NCBI GenBank assembly: GCA_951406725.2
Contig: OX597815.1
Span: forward strand, 97,712,001 to 97,776,000
Reading direction: 5' to 3'
DNA length: 64,000 nucleotides
Source of the DNA: Octopus vulgaris
Taxonomy: Eukaryota
Every line of letters begins with the position of its first letter. The first letter of the stretch is position 1. The notes under the pieces were generated by a model, which ran no database searches, was not told where the DNA came from, and saw only the letters and a list, made by a program, of their open reading frames with translations. This document shows positions 42,772 to 56,726 of the stretch, piece by piece. The translations under genes and the position numbers were made by a program.

Positions 42772-43195
42772 GGTGGCGAGCGAGTGGAATCATTAGCACT
42801 CCGTGGAAAATACGTAGCGGCATTTCGTCCGTCGTTACGTTCTGAGTTCAAATTACGCCGGATTCGACTTCCCCTTTCAACAATGGGGATCGAAAAAATA
42901 AGTACCAGCTGAGCACTGGAGTCATTGTAATCGATTGTCCCCGTGTGCCTATAGTAGAAAAGAATATTATAGATTAATATAAGGTGGCGCGTTGACAAAA
43001 TTGTTAACACGCTATGTTTAGCGGTATTTCATCTGTGTTTACTTTCTGAGTTCAAATTCCCCTGAGGTCGACTTTGTCTTTCATACTTTCGGAGTCGATA
43101 AAATTAGTACCAGTCAGGCACTGGAGTTGACGAAATCACCGTAGTGTCTCCCTCGAAATTCCTGGCCTAGTCTCAAAATTTAAAACCAACATTAG
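42772..43195 (+). mobile_element. Two adjacent head-to-tail tRNA-derived SINEs
   Basis: Copies start at 42772 and 42983; each has GGTGGCG..., CTGAGTTCAAATT and AGTACCAG...GCACTGGAGT. Confidence 0.85.
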
Positions 43196-44139
43196 AGATT
43201 AATATTCATTCTAGTTATATTTTGTTGCTTCTACGCTTCCGCTGTTTTTGTAGGTGCTGCTGCGACTGTTAATCCGACTTTTGTTGTTGCTGTCGTTCAG
43301 TCATAGCTTGGGAGATCAAGCCTTATGACCAAAGGCGTGCCAACTTCAGGCATTCTATCTTATATTCAATCACACTTTATTTTAAATTACGCTATACTAT
43401 GCGTGATATTATATTTTGATAAAACAAACGGAATGTCATTTAAAGACTTGGCAGCTATTTTTAAATCCATGTTCTTTTTTTTGGAGATACGACTGGTCAT
43501 GAATTCCCTCAGTAATTCCTTCATATTTTAAAGAAATACCCTCGATTTACATTCGAATATAAAATATATACTTTATTGTAGAAATATATAATGCCAAAAT
43601 TTCCAGGCTGATATAAGAGAAATTGACGTAAAATACTGGGGCGTAGATTTAATTATTGATTATGCACTTTTCCCAAAATTTTGGCTTCCTTTCAATGTTA
43701 GAAATCAATATAAAATAACAATAGATCGACTTTAATTGCGGTGAATATAAACTTCAATTACTGAAGTAGTAACTAAAAAGTAAATAGCACGGTAATAGCA
43801 CAAATTTGAAGCAATCAGCGCTTGTATTTACATTAGAATACTATTGCGTGTATGATATATATATATATATATATTGAGAGAGAGAGAGGTATAATATAAA
43901 TAGCAGTGCGGTTGGTATATGTTTACCCCCTCATTTATTTTCCCCAATATGTTTGCTGAAGCATTGTGTTCAGAATCTTCAGGGCAGAAACCGATTATTA
44001 CAGCTTGCTCAGAGGATGCAAGAGAGTTATCGGATCTCTGTAATTAATAAAGAACTTCATTAAAAATAATTGACAATGAATATTTGAAGCCCATTAGAAA
44101 ATTTGCATCAAAAATTTATCAACTTCTTAATTTTTTTAG

Positions 44140-44282
44140 GTATAGTAAGACGTGTGCTTCCCAATCACACGGTTCTGGTTTCAGTCCCATAGCGTAGCAC
44201 CATGGTTAAATGTCTTCTATTATAGCCTCGAGCCAACCAAGACCTTGTAAATGGATTTGGTTGACGGAAACTGAAAGAACTA
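44140..44282 (+). mobile_element. tRNA-derived SINE, second family
   Basis: GCTTCCCAATCAC...GGTTTCAGTCCCA...GCACC...TGTCTTCT...GGATTTGGTTGACGGAAACTGAAAG. A homologous copy lies at 48880-49032 and a degenerate one near 6633. Confidence 0.75.
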
Positions 44283-45005
44283 TGTGATTGGTCAGCACAC
44301 TTCTTACCACACTGCCAGGCTAGTGTATATGTGTGTGTGTTTGAGCTTGAGTGAGTTTGTATGTATGTATGTGGTCACAAATGGAATACATTTGATAATT
44401 TTCTGCTCTATCAGGACAAACAAGGAGTATAGCAAACAACAGCAAAAACGACATACTTCACTTAGAATGCATTCAATCATAATAAGTGAAATCAAATTAG
44501 AAATGGTTTGGTTCCACCCCATAAAATCGATATAAGTGGAAGAAAGAAATAACATCAAAATATTGAGGTATATTATTGCTATGTCACATCGAGATAAACA
44601 TTACGGCAAGGTGGTCAGATATAGTAGGTAAACAGATCTGATATAATAGGAAATGATTTCGGGAATAAACTATATTCCAACTAGTTGTGTTATTTGAGAA
44701 ATATATATTTAAAAGAATTTTAAAATTGTTTGAAAAATACGATCTACGTGTAATCGTTATAGCAATAGAGAGCATTAGAAGCGTTGTAAAGGAAAACATG
44801 CCCTCTACTTAATAACTTAAAACAATCAACAAAGAGACCACACGAGCCAAAACAGCAGCCGTCATAAAAATTTTATTAGCAACAAGAAAATCTTCCTCAA
44901 GTCTCACCGGGATGCCTTTAAATAGATGAATGCGTTGTATAAAACTAGATACCAAAAGTTAATTGGGTACGGTACTCAACAGACTATGCTATCTCCTCTT
45001 TTAAT

Positions 45006-45212
45006 AATGGTTTCAAATTTTGGCATAAGTCGATAATGTTAGAGGTGGGGTAAGTCACTTATATTGACTCTGAGTTCAACTGGTACTTATTTCATCGACC
45101 CCAAAGGAATAAAAGCAAAGTCGACCTCGGTGTAATTTGAAATCAGAACGTGAAGATGGATGAAATGCTGCTAAGCATTTCTCCTTTTGTGCTTACGATT
45201 CTGCCAGCTGGT
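45006..45212 (-). mobile_element. tRNA-derived SINE
   Basis: Reverse complement of the 30661 family (ACTGGTACTTATTTCATCGACCCC...AAAGTCGACCTCGG...ATTTGAA..CAGAACG). Confidence 0.8.
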
Positions 45213-45579
45213 TTTTCACAAAGATAATGGTTAGACTATCAAAACCAACTCCACTGCTTAACTGGTAATAATTTTATTGAGATCTGACGGATTAATGATA
45301 AAGCCGAACCTGACATTGCCGAAAAAAATTATTATTTATTTGGATGTTCATCATTTGTAACGACGACGATGACGACGATGATGATGATGATGATGATGAT
45401 GGTGATGATGATAAAGAAGAAGAAGATCACCAACAAGAACTGCATGGAAAAGTAGTAATAGTAGTAATAGTAGCAGCAGCAGCAGACATTTTGATAGAAA
45501 GATATATAAAAATAACATACAGATTACTGATCTTCCATTCTTCCATTCTTATAACCTTAGGTTAAACACTATTATGTTT

Positions 45580-48190
45580 AATAATAATAATGAAATTATT
45601 CTATACAGACCTCAGGTGCACCGCAACTTGTCAAAAGTGCGTATAAAGCAAATACAGTAATGTACAAATGTCTGGGAAGCGAACAGTGCATGAGTCAAAT
45701 ACATGCTAGCGTGTGTATGGAGGGGAGAAAATCAGGTGAAGTGTTGGCGAATCTCAGGAAGTATGGACGTTTTGAATGATGCAGTGCTCCGACAACTAAC
45801 AACTGATGCCGGCAGTTTATTCCATACTTCAGCAACTCTTAGTGTGAAAAAACTTTTCCGAAAGTCATGCTGTTTATTGACTTTGTAAACATGTCCACGG
45901 GTGTTAGACAGGTGGAGTTTGAAAAGGTGTTCAGAGTTATTGTTAGTAAGATGGTTAATAATTTTATGGATGCCTGCCAAGTCAGCTGCCAGACGTCGGA
46001 GTTTCAATGCATCCATGCCCAGGGAAGTAAGGCATTCAGAATATGGCAAATGCATAATGGAGGGTGTTCTGTTGGTTGCACGTCGCTGAACAGTTTCCAG
46101 ACGATTAATATCCTGGGCAAGATAGGGGTTCCAGACCGGTGATGCAAATTCCAGGTGAGGCTGCACCATAGCTATATAAAGCCTCAGATAGATAGCGGGA
46201 GAGTGGCTCACAAAGGACTTGGTAAGTGATGCCAAGACACCCTCAGCCTTCTTGGCAATTTTAGCAATGTGTTTTGTCCAACGCAAACCGCTGTCGACAA
46301 TAATGCCCAGGTCACGTTCACAAGAAGACTTTTTGAGATTAGTGTTGTAGAGGGAGTAAGTAGACGCTGAGTTTTTTACTCCCAAAATGCATAGTGGTAC
46401 ATTTGTTCACAGCCAGCTTGAGTTGCCAGTCCATGATCCATTGCTGTATTGTGTCCAGGTCTGATTGCAATAAAGATCAATAGTGTACAGGATCTGTCCT
46501 CTTTATTTCGAGGTACAGCATGATGTCATCTGCATATTTCAGCACTGTAGCATTCTTTAAGTTGGCATCTATGTCATTAACATATGCAACAAATAAAAGG
46601 GAGCCAATAACAGATCCCTGTTGTACACCAGATGTCATCTCATAGGGTGAAGAGTGCTGTCCTAGAACTGTGACAACCTCTTTTCGGCCGATAATGAAGG
46701 ACTTCAACCAGTTATAGAGATCATCTTTTACACCCATTGCAGAGAGTTTCACCATAAGTCTTTTGTGTAGCACAGCCTTAGCAAAGTCCAGGTAAACAAC
46801 ATCCATCTAGGAGCCGCCATCAGTGATTCGGGTAATGTCCTCAAGAAACTTGATGAGTTGATAACAGCAGCTGGAGTTAGGAATAAATCCAAATTGTGAC
46901 GGCTGGATGAGGCTGTGAGACTTCCAGAAGTTCCAGAGGGTTTCTCTGACACAGGATTCCATCAGTTTGGCGATGCAGCTAGTAAGACTGACAGGGCGAT
47001 AGTTGACAGGCAATGTGCGGTTGCCTTTCTTGAACAGAGGGATAACACTGGCAGTTTCACTGCTCTGGAGTAACACCATTGTCAAGACAGAATTGAGAGA
47101 ATAGTGAAAGTTGGTTTAGAAGAAAATACCAACCGCGTTTAAGAAGTAGGTATGTAACACCATCGAGGCCAGGAGAGGGAGAGTTACGTTTATTCTTAAG
47201 GTGGCGTTGTAGCATTGCTGGTGTAAATTTCATAGTACTTATAGTGGTGATGGAGATGGAACATTTTGATCTTCGACAGTAAAGATTCCTGCATAGCATC
47301 CAGCAATGATTTCTGTACATTATTTGGAATTGTCAGTAATCTGGCCTGTGTGGGGATTGCGAAGGAACCAATTAGAGAGTGAGGTCTCTGCTTTGAATGT
47401 ACATACTTCCAGAACACTTTGCTGTCAGGGCTGGTTGCTATGCGCTGTTCGAATTCAAGCACTGCCTTTTTTGTCACCTGCTTGAGATGGTTGGATGATC
47501 TATTGCTTTTTTCCTGTTGATCTCTGATTTGTGCATTTTGTATTCCTGTTCAGTATTACGGCATTCTTTCTGGGCAAGTCGGACTGCTGCAGTCTCCCAA
47601 ATTGCACTATTGGATGGATTTTGTGCTTGCGTTGTGCCAATGCTGCACATGCCGTCCATATTGAATTCAGAATGTTCTGAAGTATAGTGTTCACATATCC
47701 AGAGGCATAAAATTCGAGCGAGTTTGGGCGTCGCAGCTCGGTACAATAAGAGCTCCAGTCTGCTTTATTCCAGTCAAAGTAGGCAGTTTGAAGATGGTTT
47801 TGATTTTTGTTACAACCAATTAAAGACACGTCGGCCATGATCTTGGAATGATCAGAGTCACCTAAAGGTTCTTCAGTAGTAACACTAATAATTGTTTCAG
47901 GAGAAGCGGTAAATAGCAGATCCAAAGTATTGTTACCCCTTGTGGGGGAGGTAACGACTTGGGACCAATTTGAATTCAGCACCAGTTCAAGGACATCATC
48001 TGCACTTTGCGACCAACGGAAGGCCTCCCAGTCAATCTCAATATAAGTGGCTGTTTTCATGGCAGCAACTCTGAGGATATAAAAAAGTTGTGTGTCTTGA
48101 TGATAATTTGGGGGGTGGGGTGGTAAATAACTCCAAGTAGAAGTGTTGACATGATCATGTGTATATAGCAGAAAAATACTTCCTGTTTTT
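45580..48190 (-). mobile_element. 5'-truncated, decayed CR1-group LINE, a different family from 33185-35820
   Basis: Broken - strand ORFs give LLGVIYHP, PTRGNNTLDLLFT...LGDSDH, NYRPVSLTSCIAKLME...QFGF, DVVYLDFAKA, SGVQQGSVIGSLLFVAYVNDI...KYADD and ERDLGIIVD...PHLEFASPVWNPY...FFTLRVAEVWNKLP. Short (ATT)n 3' tail near 45580. Confidence 0.94.
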
Positions 48191-48879
48191 ATTGTGTTTT
48201 TCCATTTGACGCCGCTGTGGCATGATCTTCTCGTCCTAAATGATCAAAGTACAATTTAAACGCGTATTTCTTGGCTGGAAATGTTTTATAATCTATATAT
48301 ACGATCCGATACAGCACATTTTTTAAATTCTTAGAGAATAGCTATGTGGCTAAGACAGAAAAAAAGGCTGATTCAGATTTCTTTATACCAAATTTATTAC
48401 AAACATATGTCAGAAAAATACCCAGTCCGAACATAACGTTCTTAATTTTAGGTTTGGTGATGCAAACACGAAAATTAGCCCTCTAAATATGAGTATATAT
48501 ATATTTCATATTAATATTTGTTTTTCTGCCGAGGTCAATTTTTTTTTCTTTTCGGGTTGGTAAAGTAAATACCACTTGAGTACTGGGGTGGATTTAATCG
48601 ACTTAGACCACCCACGAAAGTACTGGCCTTGAGCTAAAATTTAATACCAATATGTAGTAGAAGTGGCAGAGTGACGTAAAGGCCAAAAGATTTGTGCGCT
48701 TGCTCTTAACAAAATTCATAAGTGTTAACACACAAAACTCTCGGCTCTTGAGATTCTCTCTCACTTATACCATCTATTCATTAAAATATCTATTCTTAAT
48801 CTTATATTTTTAAGTTACGTTCCAGAACTATAATTAATAAATAATGTCATTTTCAAGGAAAATTATGGAAGAATGAAAT

Positions 48880-49032
48880 GGATGTGTGGTGAGAAGCTTG
48901 CTTCTCAATCAGATGGTTCCGGTTTCAGTTCCATTGCATGGCACCTAGAACAAGTGTCTTCTGCTGTAGCCCCGGGCCAACCAAAGCTTTGTGAGTGGAT
49001 TTGGTTGACGTAAACTGAAACAAGCCTCTCGT
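48880..49032 (+). mobile_element. tRNA-derived SINE, second family
   Basis: Homologous to 44140-44282. Confidence 0.78.
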
Positions 49033-49327
49033 ATATATATAAACTAACAATACTTATCCTTGGATGGAATTTATAAATATTTCCACAATTTATATGTTTC
49101 TTAAATCCTAGATTTTATTCCTGCGATGAATACAGTACAGTCCGTAGTATCCATGGTCATCGGGTAAATCATGTCCATGCATTCCCTTCTTCGGGCGAAA
49201 TAGCATTAATGCTATTTCGGACTGCACTGTGATCATCCCAGGAATGCAGACTACGATCTTATGAAACATCTCATTTGTGGAAACACGTGTGGCGATGCAT
49301 TAAAATATGTATAAGTTTCATCGAAGG

Positions 49328-49454
<127 letters not shown>

Positions 49455-49786
49455 TTATTATACATTATATCGGCACAACTTCGTTCGACCCCGTAAAACA
49501 CGTATCACCAGTTAGTATCATTAGTTTGTAGCTAGCATAATAAAATAGGAGCTCTTATACGCATATTCAAAACGTTTCTCGAAAACGAATTAAAAGGATG
49601 TATGTGTGAGGCACTTTGTGTTGTCTCCACCACCGTAGATGGTTGGGTTGTTTTAACTACGTGTTACTTTGTGGTTCGGCACAGGAGATCAAGGCAATAA
49701 GTACGAGGTTTAGAAAGACAAAATAACAATTACTGGGGTCGTTTTGTTCAGGCAAAGTTTCAGTTTGGCCACAATCTAATTACTGA

Positions 49787-49871
<85 letters not shown>

Positions 49872-50443
49872 AGAGAGAGAAGAGAGAGAGGGTGTGGAGG
49901 GAGAGAGAGAGAGAGAGACATATCAATATACATACTTATATATACCTGGATACTCGCATAAATTCATATGAACACGGTATGTGTGTGTGTGCGCGCGCGC
50001 ACGCGCATTTACGAATATTTATAAATGTAACTAAATGGGAAATTTCGTTTTCAATTACATTGTTGACATAAAAAGCTGTGTAAACCAGTTACAAAATGCT
50101 CTTGAATTATGGTCGTCTAGTATCTGTTGCCTATGTCACTACACTCGATTCCAGTACACTACTCACACTGATGTTATAAATTCTGGAAGAAGTGAAATAG
50201 GCAAGTTCAGCCTGCTGTAAATTAAATTCGTAACCAAGAAATATATAACTAGTTATTTAGATAATGTGCTGTTCCCACCTGAACAGAAGTAGCAAGGTGT
50301 AGTGATAGCAACGTGTAATTTATCTTTTCTGTCTTCACCGAACTTTGAATGAAAACTAATTAACAAATTTCTCTCAGTTACCCATGCTTATAAAATATAA
50401 GGACTACATATACAAATATAGATACACACACGCGCACAGACAT

Positions 50444-50486
<43 letters not shown>

Positions 50487-53449
50487 CTTATGCGCAACAG
50501 AAGCAGTATTTGCTTAAGATAGTCATCTGTGCATCGTACTTACAACAAATATAACATAGAAGGCACAATTATCTGTGGTATTCGTCCTCAGATGGTGTCC
50601 TTTATAGACATAGAGTGTTACAAAACAAGAAAATATATCAGTAACAAACGAAAATCCTTCAGCCGCTGTGGCAGCATTGATCATTCGATTTAGAAACAAT
50701 GGCAACCAAACCTCCGTTATGGTACACTATACTGCCTTTAAAGAAAAAAAACAACAATTATCTGGATAATGTAGTTCTGTAAAAAAGAAACGCAGGATAG
50801 TCTTAGTTGGTAGGCATTTGACCACAGATGAGCGAGCGTTTGCCTTTGATTCAACAACGAAATCAAATACAACGATAATTATCAATAAAATATCACCAAC
50901 AAAATTAAAAAAAACAGCTACAACTGATTTCCATACCTGGTATTGGAAAGTTGAGCGATCAAAATGAAAACCGATGGTGTTGAATTGTTATACAGACACA
51001 CAGCCTGGAATAAGATCGCCCCGATACGTGAATATTAATTCATTAGTATCAAATTTCAGAAAAATGAAAAGTGACGTTGACGACATTGAAGGTTAAAGCA
51101 CGAAAAGGCTTAAAAAGCTCTCTTATCCTATTCTATGACGATTTGCTAATCCATCGCTCTCTAAGTCATTAATATGCATATCTTATGTAAGCATATCTCA
51201 AACGGGGGTGCGGTTATTTAGAACAGATTAAATCAGCTTACCACTTGTCAGTACACTATCGACCCCAGAATGCTTAAAAGCAAAGCTGTCTATTACTGTG
51301 AGGTTTGAATTCAGAATATGAGGAACGTCACGAAATAGTGCAGTGTATAATATCTATCACTAAAATGATTCTGCTAATTCACTGCCCTATAACTGATAAA
51401 GTAACCCCGAAATTAAATGTTTATGATTATACCTGGAATTAGCTCCAGCAAACCACCGAGTTTCAATAAAAATCTTTCTAGATGTTTACTGCAACTGACA
51501 AGCACATTGATTTCACCCGAAGCATATGTTACAACAAGTCTGATAGATTTCTTCCGGTGGTAGATTTTATCTTTAATACATTTGTTAACTCTTAGTCTTT
51601 ATCTTTCAACATTTTGCTTTGAAAATTTAAATATGCAAACATTAAGAAACTAAATATTTACTTAAAATGTCATATTGTACATGCTGTTTGACCTCATGTT
51701 ATTTCAAATGCAGAAAATTCAAGAAAATTTTAGTTGACTATATACAAAGGGCAGAATTCATAACTGCATAAAGAACTTTCGGTTGTATATTAATAATACA
51801 AAACAATTAACTACAACGCAAGCTTGGACTATACAGATGCATACGTTGTGTTACAATGCAACTGCGTTAGCACAGGGAGGTCCAAACAAAATCACTTCCT
51901 CATGATATATGAACAATGAGTTCAGCTCAGTTTCACAGTAATTTTCTGTATTATATAATAGCTAAAAACATGTTCATGAACTTGTACAAACTAATAAGTT
52001 GTATAGGCTCCTTAAAATTCTGAAAGGTCTTAATTTTTTTTTAAAATGTCATTCATAGAATTCAGAAATTAGAAGATATTAATTTTATTATCATACTTTT
52101 GCCATGTAGATAAAAATGTGAACACCAAGGTGATCCTTCGAACAGGTAGCAAAACGTAATAGTACTCATCTATCGGTATTATATAGCTCAATATCTTTTA
52201 ATTCAGAATGCATTACTTTTTGATATTAAGTTTATAATTTGTGCTCTCTAACAAGGTAGTATAAGTTCGCACTACTCAGAAGAGTAGCTTGAATGTGGCT
52301 CTTAACTGGATGATGTACGACTGGCTGGTCAAAATTACATGATCTAAGAGATTTTTGATTAAAATTCAGTATGATCAAAGCTAATCTGTGGCTAAAGAAA
52401 ATCTCCTGGAAGATAAAAAAGACGATTATTTGGATACGATGGTTAAGAAATGGGCATATTCATCATAAAATCAAATCTGCTAGTAATATCTATTTCGTTG
52501 TCTATGGCCACGACAATATATTTCATTGATTCGTCTCACTCTAGCTTCCAGAAAATTTGTTTACCAGAGGAATCGGGTTATGGTACTTGAAACAAAACTG
52601 TGCGCTGTCCAGCTGTTCAGTTAACTATCCAGCCATCTATATGTCAGTAGATTACCAAATAACAGAATATTGTTTAGTGATTTAAGTAGCTGATGGATTG
52701 TGAAATTCATGAGTAATTTGTGATTTTACTGTGCTGATTTAGTATTTATGATCTTCCAAACTCTTAATATTATACTAGCACCACTTTTCTGGATTGGATT
52801 TGAAAAATAAATACTAACATAAATACCACACATAATTCTCGTAGATGGCCATGACAAAATATTATCTGAATATTGAAGGCGTACTGTTTATTTCTTTTAC
52901 AGTGAAAGCGGTGCTCCAGCATGTCACATTTTAGTTTGCCTGTGATGGTAAGACTAAAATATGATAAAGGACACGCAAATACAATATGCAAGATAAAAGC
53001 CTAGAAAGCTTGGAGCAATACTTCTATGACAATGCAAAAAACAACATAAAGTCCATCAACGCCAGCAAATGTATTGCCTTATCTCGAAATTCTCGTAAAG
53101 CTGTAAGCCATATCTAACCGGTTCTTAGTGTAGTAAGGACAGGAAAAAAATTAAAGAGAAATCGAAAAAAAAACCCAACATATATTATATAGTATGATTA
53201 TATTAACTGCGTCCAACCCCAAACCCACACGTTTGCAAACAGAAAACGCATTAAACATTACTTGTATCATCATTGACTGACGAAAAAAGAATAGTTAAAA
53301 ACAATATCTAACAAGACAACTAGAAACGATATTTTACACGTGTATTCTATTAACTGTATCATAGCCAGCTGAAAGAACGGTGTAGCTGTAGAATGGACAA
53401 CTTCCTAAAATGTATGACTATGGGTGCCATTGTGTGCGTAGGTGTATAA

Positions 53450-53525
<76 letters not shown>

Positions 53526-53648
53526 GTATGTATGTGTACACATATACACACATACAAACATGTACGTGTATATCTACAAACATACACATACCTACACATT
53601 TAAATACACACATAAACACGCATACATATCCGTACATGCACATCTGTG

Positions 53649-53710
<62 letters not shown>

Positions 53711-54680
53711 TGTGTGTGTGTGTGTATTTTGCAGAGAAAGAGAGAAAAGGAATGAATAATCATCAAAGGTGTAGCTTCACAAAGTAATTTCTCTTAATTT
53801 CAAAGATAACGACGCTCCAGTTTTCCGGTGATGAGGAATAAAGTGGGTGTTGTTTACGATATCGTATCAGAAGACAGAGACACTAAAATGAGGTATCATA
53901 ATAAATGGTGTTTTAATCTATTCCAAGCAAAAGAAACAATAATACGTGTGTTGACGTGTTATATAAACATACAGTCATTCATGCGCTCACATGCAATGAT
54001 TCTGCGTTACAGAGACATATTTTGAAGAATAGTGGGTCCATTTTTTATGTTTTTGTTTTTAATGCAACAACCTGACTGATTGTTATTTCGTGCATTTCCT
54101 AATCATGAAAGGCAAAACCGAGCTCAGAGTGATTTGAACTCAAAACATAGAACATCATTACTTAATTCAGCAATATATATTTTCTGAAATAATACAAATC
54201 TACTATCCATATATAATATATCTCTTATTATAAAAGGCAGATTTTATCTGCCTCCCTTTGTATCTTATAGAAATCTACAATATAGGATTTCTTCAATTAC
54301 AATTTACCTAGCATTTTTAAGAGTAGAATGCATCGGGTCGTGCCAGGTCCAGTTTTTAAAATTTCAACCCCAATTAAGCAAAATTTAGAGAAAACTCACA
54401 TTGTGGTGTATAAGTCAAATGCTTTTCTTGGTGTGGCCTACACCACACGCACACGCACACACACAGTGTGCAACGAATAAAGTGAAAGTAATTCACTTTT
54501 TGTAGTGAGTGACTCTTTCACTCTGCCACTTCCTCTTTACACACATAGACACGCAAATATATAAATAAAATTGTAAGCTAACGTGTGTGTGTGCGTGTGT
54601 GTGAGTGTGTGTGTGTGTGCATGTGTGTGTGTGTGTGAGGGTGCGTGTGTATGTGTGCGTGTGCGTGAGTGTGTGACAGG

Positions 54681-55357
54681 AAAGTGTTTTAGGACGAATA
54701 TAAGACCTATATCCAAGTAGCAGAAAGATCGCCCAAAAGTGTATATAGATATTTAAATGTATTTATATATTCATCTATACACAGATGTATGTATAATGTG
54801 TGTGTGTGTATTTCCATAGAGGTAACCTTTCACTCCATGCAAAGTTTTTTAGGACGAATATAAGATCTAAAGTATATACAAGTAGCAGAAAGATCGCCCA
54901 AATGTGTATATAGATATTTAAATGTATTTATATATTCATCTATACACAGATGTATGTATAATGTGTGTGTATATATTTCCATAGACGTAACCATTCACTC
55001 CGCACAAAGTTTTTTAGGACGAAAATAAGATCTAAAGTTATCTCTAAGTAGCACAAAGATCGCCCAAAAGTGTATATAGATATATAAATGTATTTATATA
55101 TTCATCTATGCACACATGTATGTATAACGTGTGTGTATATATTTCCATAGAGGTAACCATTCACTCCATACAAAGTTTTTTAGGACGAAAATAAGATCTA
55201 AAGTTATCTCTAAGAAATAGAAAGATCGCCCAAAAGTGTATATAGATATTTAAATGTATTTATATATTCATCTATACACACATGTATGTATAATGTGCGT
55301 GTATATATTTCCATAGAGGTAACCATTCAATCCATACAAAGTTTTTTAGGACGAAAA
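54681..55357. repeat. Tandem array of four ~160-166-bp units plus a partial fifth, inside the Helitron
   Basis: AAAGT(T/G)TTTTAGGACGAA recurs at 54681, 54841, 55006, 55172 and 55338, with near-identical intervening sequence. Confidence 0.93.
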
Positions 55358-55605
55358 TATTTATATATAAAAGAAAGGTTGTGTGTCTGTCTACTCCGAT
55401 TTAGATTCCTAACTACTCCCACATTGTGCGATCCAGTTTAACCAAAACCGGGTATCTTATAGTCGTGATTCATATCGAGCCCTTCTGGGTATTAGGGCGC
55501 GTCTACGATGAGTCTATGATTTTACAAATAATTTACCATCATTTTTTTCCATTTTAATGCATATTTGTTAAATAAAGGGAAGTAACTCTCAAACTTCATA
55601 CCAAT

Positions 55606-56127
55606 ATGCGTGCTCATATGCGACGTAATATCACATCAGCAGCATTTCCTCACACCCTCCTTGCACTTGGCGAAGGCAAAATACCAGGGGATGAAAATGG
55701 TAATATTGCCATCGATTCCATTTGTACCATTGTTAAGACGCCTTCTGATCTCAGAGATGCAGTGTTCCCAGATCTACAAGCTAATTATCAGAATATGGAT
55801 TGGATTGGCAAAAAGGCTATACTGGCCCCGAGGAATAAAACTGTTCACCATATTAATGATGAAATGCTAAAACTCATTCCTGGGGAAGTCTATGTATATC
55901 AGTCTATCGATACAACTCCTGACCCAGAGGACGTCATCAACTATCCAATAGAGGTACTCAATTCCTTTGAGCACCCCGGACTACCACCACACTTTCTCAA
56001 ACTTAAAGTTGGTGCCCCTATAATGCTCATCAGAAATTTGGTTCCCCCAAAACAATGCAATGGCACACGTTTCATCGTTAAGTCCTTATCTCCCACCGTA
56101 AGCTTATATCAATATTTGCCTGAATAA
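55606..56127 (+). pseudogene. Helitron Pif1-family helicase fragment
   Basis: ORF contains NMR..., LLALGEG, AILAPRNKTVHHIN and YPIEVLNSFEHPGLPPHFLKLKVGAPIMLIRNL...CNGTR, typical of the Helitron Pif1 helicase. Truncated at both ends. Confidence 0.92.
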
Positions 56128-56299
56128 TCATCATAATTCAGTGCAATCATTAACAGTACTTTCAAGCAATTCAGCCCCGAGCAACGCCGGGCAATTCTGC
56201 TAGTATAATATAAAAGATAATAAGACATGATGTTGATAAGACTAAAAATACACACTCGAAAACAAAACATTCTAAGTTTGGAAGAGCACGAGTCATTTT

Positions 56300-56685
56300 A
56301 AAAGGCGGTTAATCTATTATATCTACCCTAATGCTCAATTCGATTCCTGTTTTATTGACACTGAAAGGATGAAAGGAAATGTTGACCGCAGCGGTATTTG
56401 AGCATAGGACGTACAGCTGGAAGAAATGTCTTCAAACATCACGTCTGGCGTGCTAACGGTTCCACCATTCGTCACATTAGACAATGGAAAATAAAGGCAT
56501 CAAATTTTGGCACAATGCCAATAATTTCCGGAGAGGGCGTGAGTCGATTACAATGACCATACACTTCTACTGGTACTTATTTTGTCGTCCCCGAAAGGGT
56601 GAAAGGTAAAGTTAACTCCGGCGGGATTTGAACTCAGAACGTGAATTTTCTCGGGCACGCTAACAATTTTGCAGCTCACTGCTTT
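56300..56685 (-). mobile_element. Two adjacent tRNA-derived SINE remnants
   Basis: Reverse-complement SINE motifs CTGGTACTTATTTTGTCGTCCCCGAAAGGGTGAAAGGTAAAGTT...GATTTGAACTCAGAACG (56570-56641), with a more decayed copy at 56300-56476. Confidence 0.75.
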
Positions 56686-56726
56686 AATAATAATAAGAAG
56701 AAAGTGTGAAAGGTGAAAGTGTGAAA

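Larger units (their letters stand above)
54221..56203 (+). mobile_element. Non-autonomous composite Helitron
   Basis: 5' A|TCTCTTATTATAAAA at 54221. A GC-rich subterminal hairpin (GCCCCGAGCAACGCCGGGC, 56174-56192) is followed by CTAG|T at 56200-56204. A|T target with no TSD; internal Pif1 fragment. Confidence 0.85.

Noticed and set aside
45344-45565. Acidic poly-D ORF
   Set aside because: A (GAT/GAC)n microsatellite between a SINE and a LINE tail.
53828-53940. GTGATGA-ggaata...tattcc...GAAAC hammerhead-like arrangement
   Set aside because: The core is mutated, GAAAC is displaced from the stem, and there is no stem I or III.
54681-55357. CRISPR-like regularly spaced repeats
   Set aside because: Whole units are near-identical with no unique spacers, there are no cas genes, and the context is eukaryotic.
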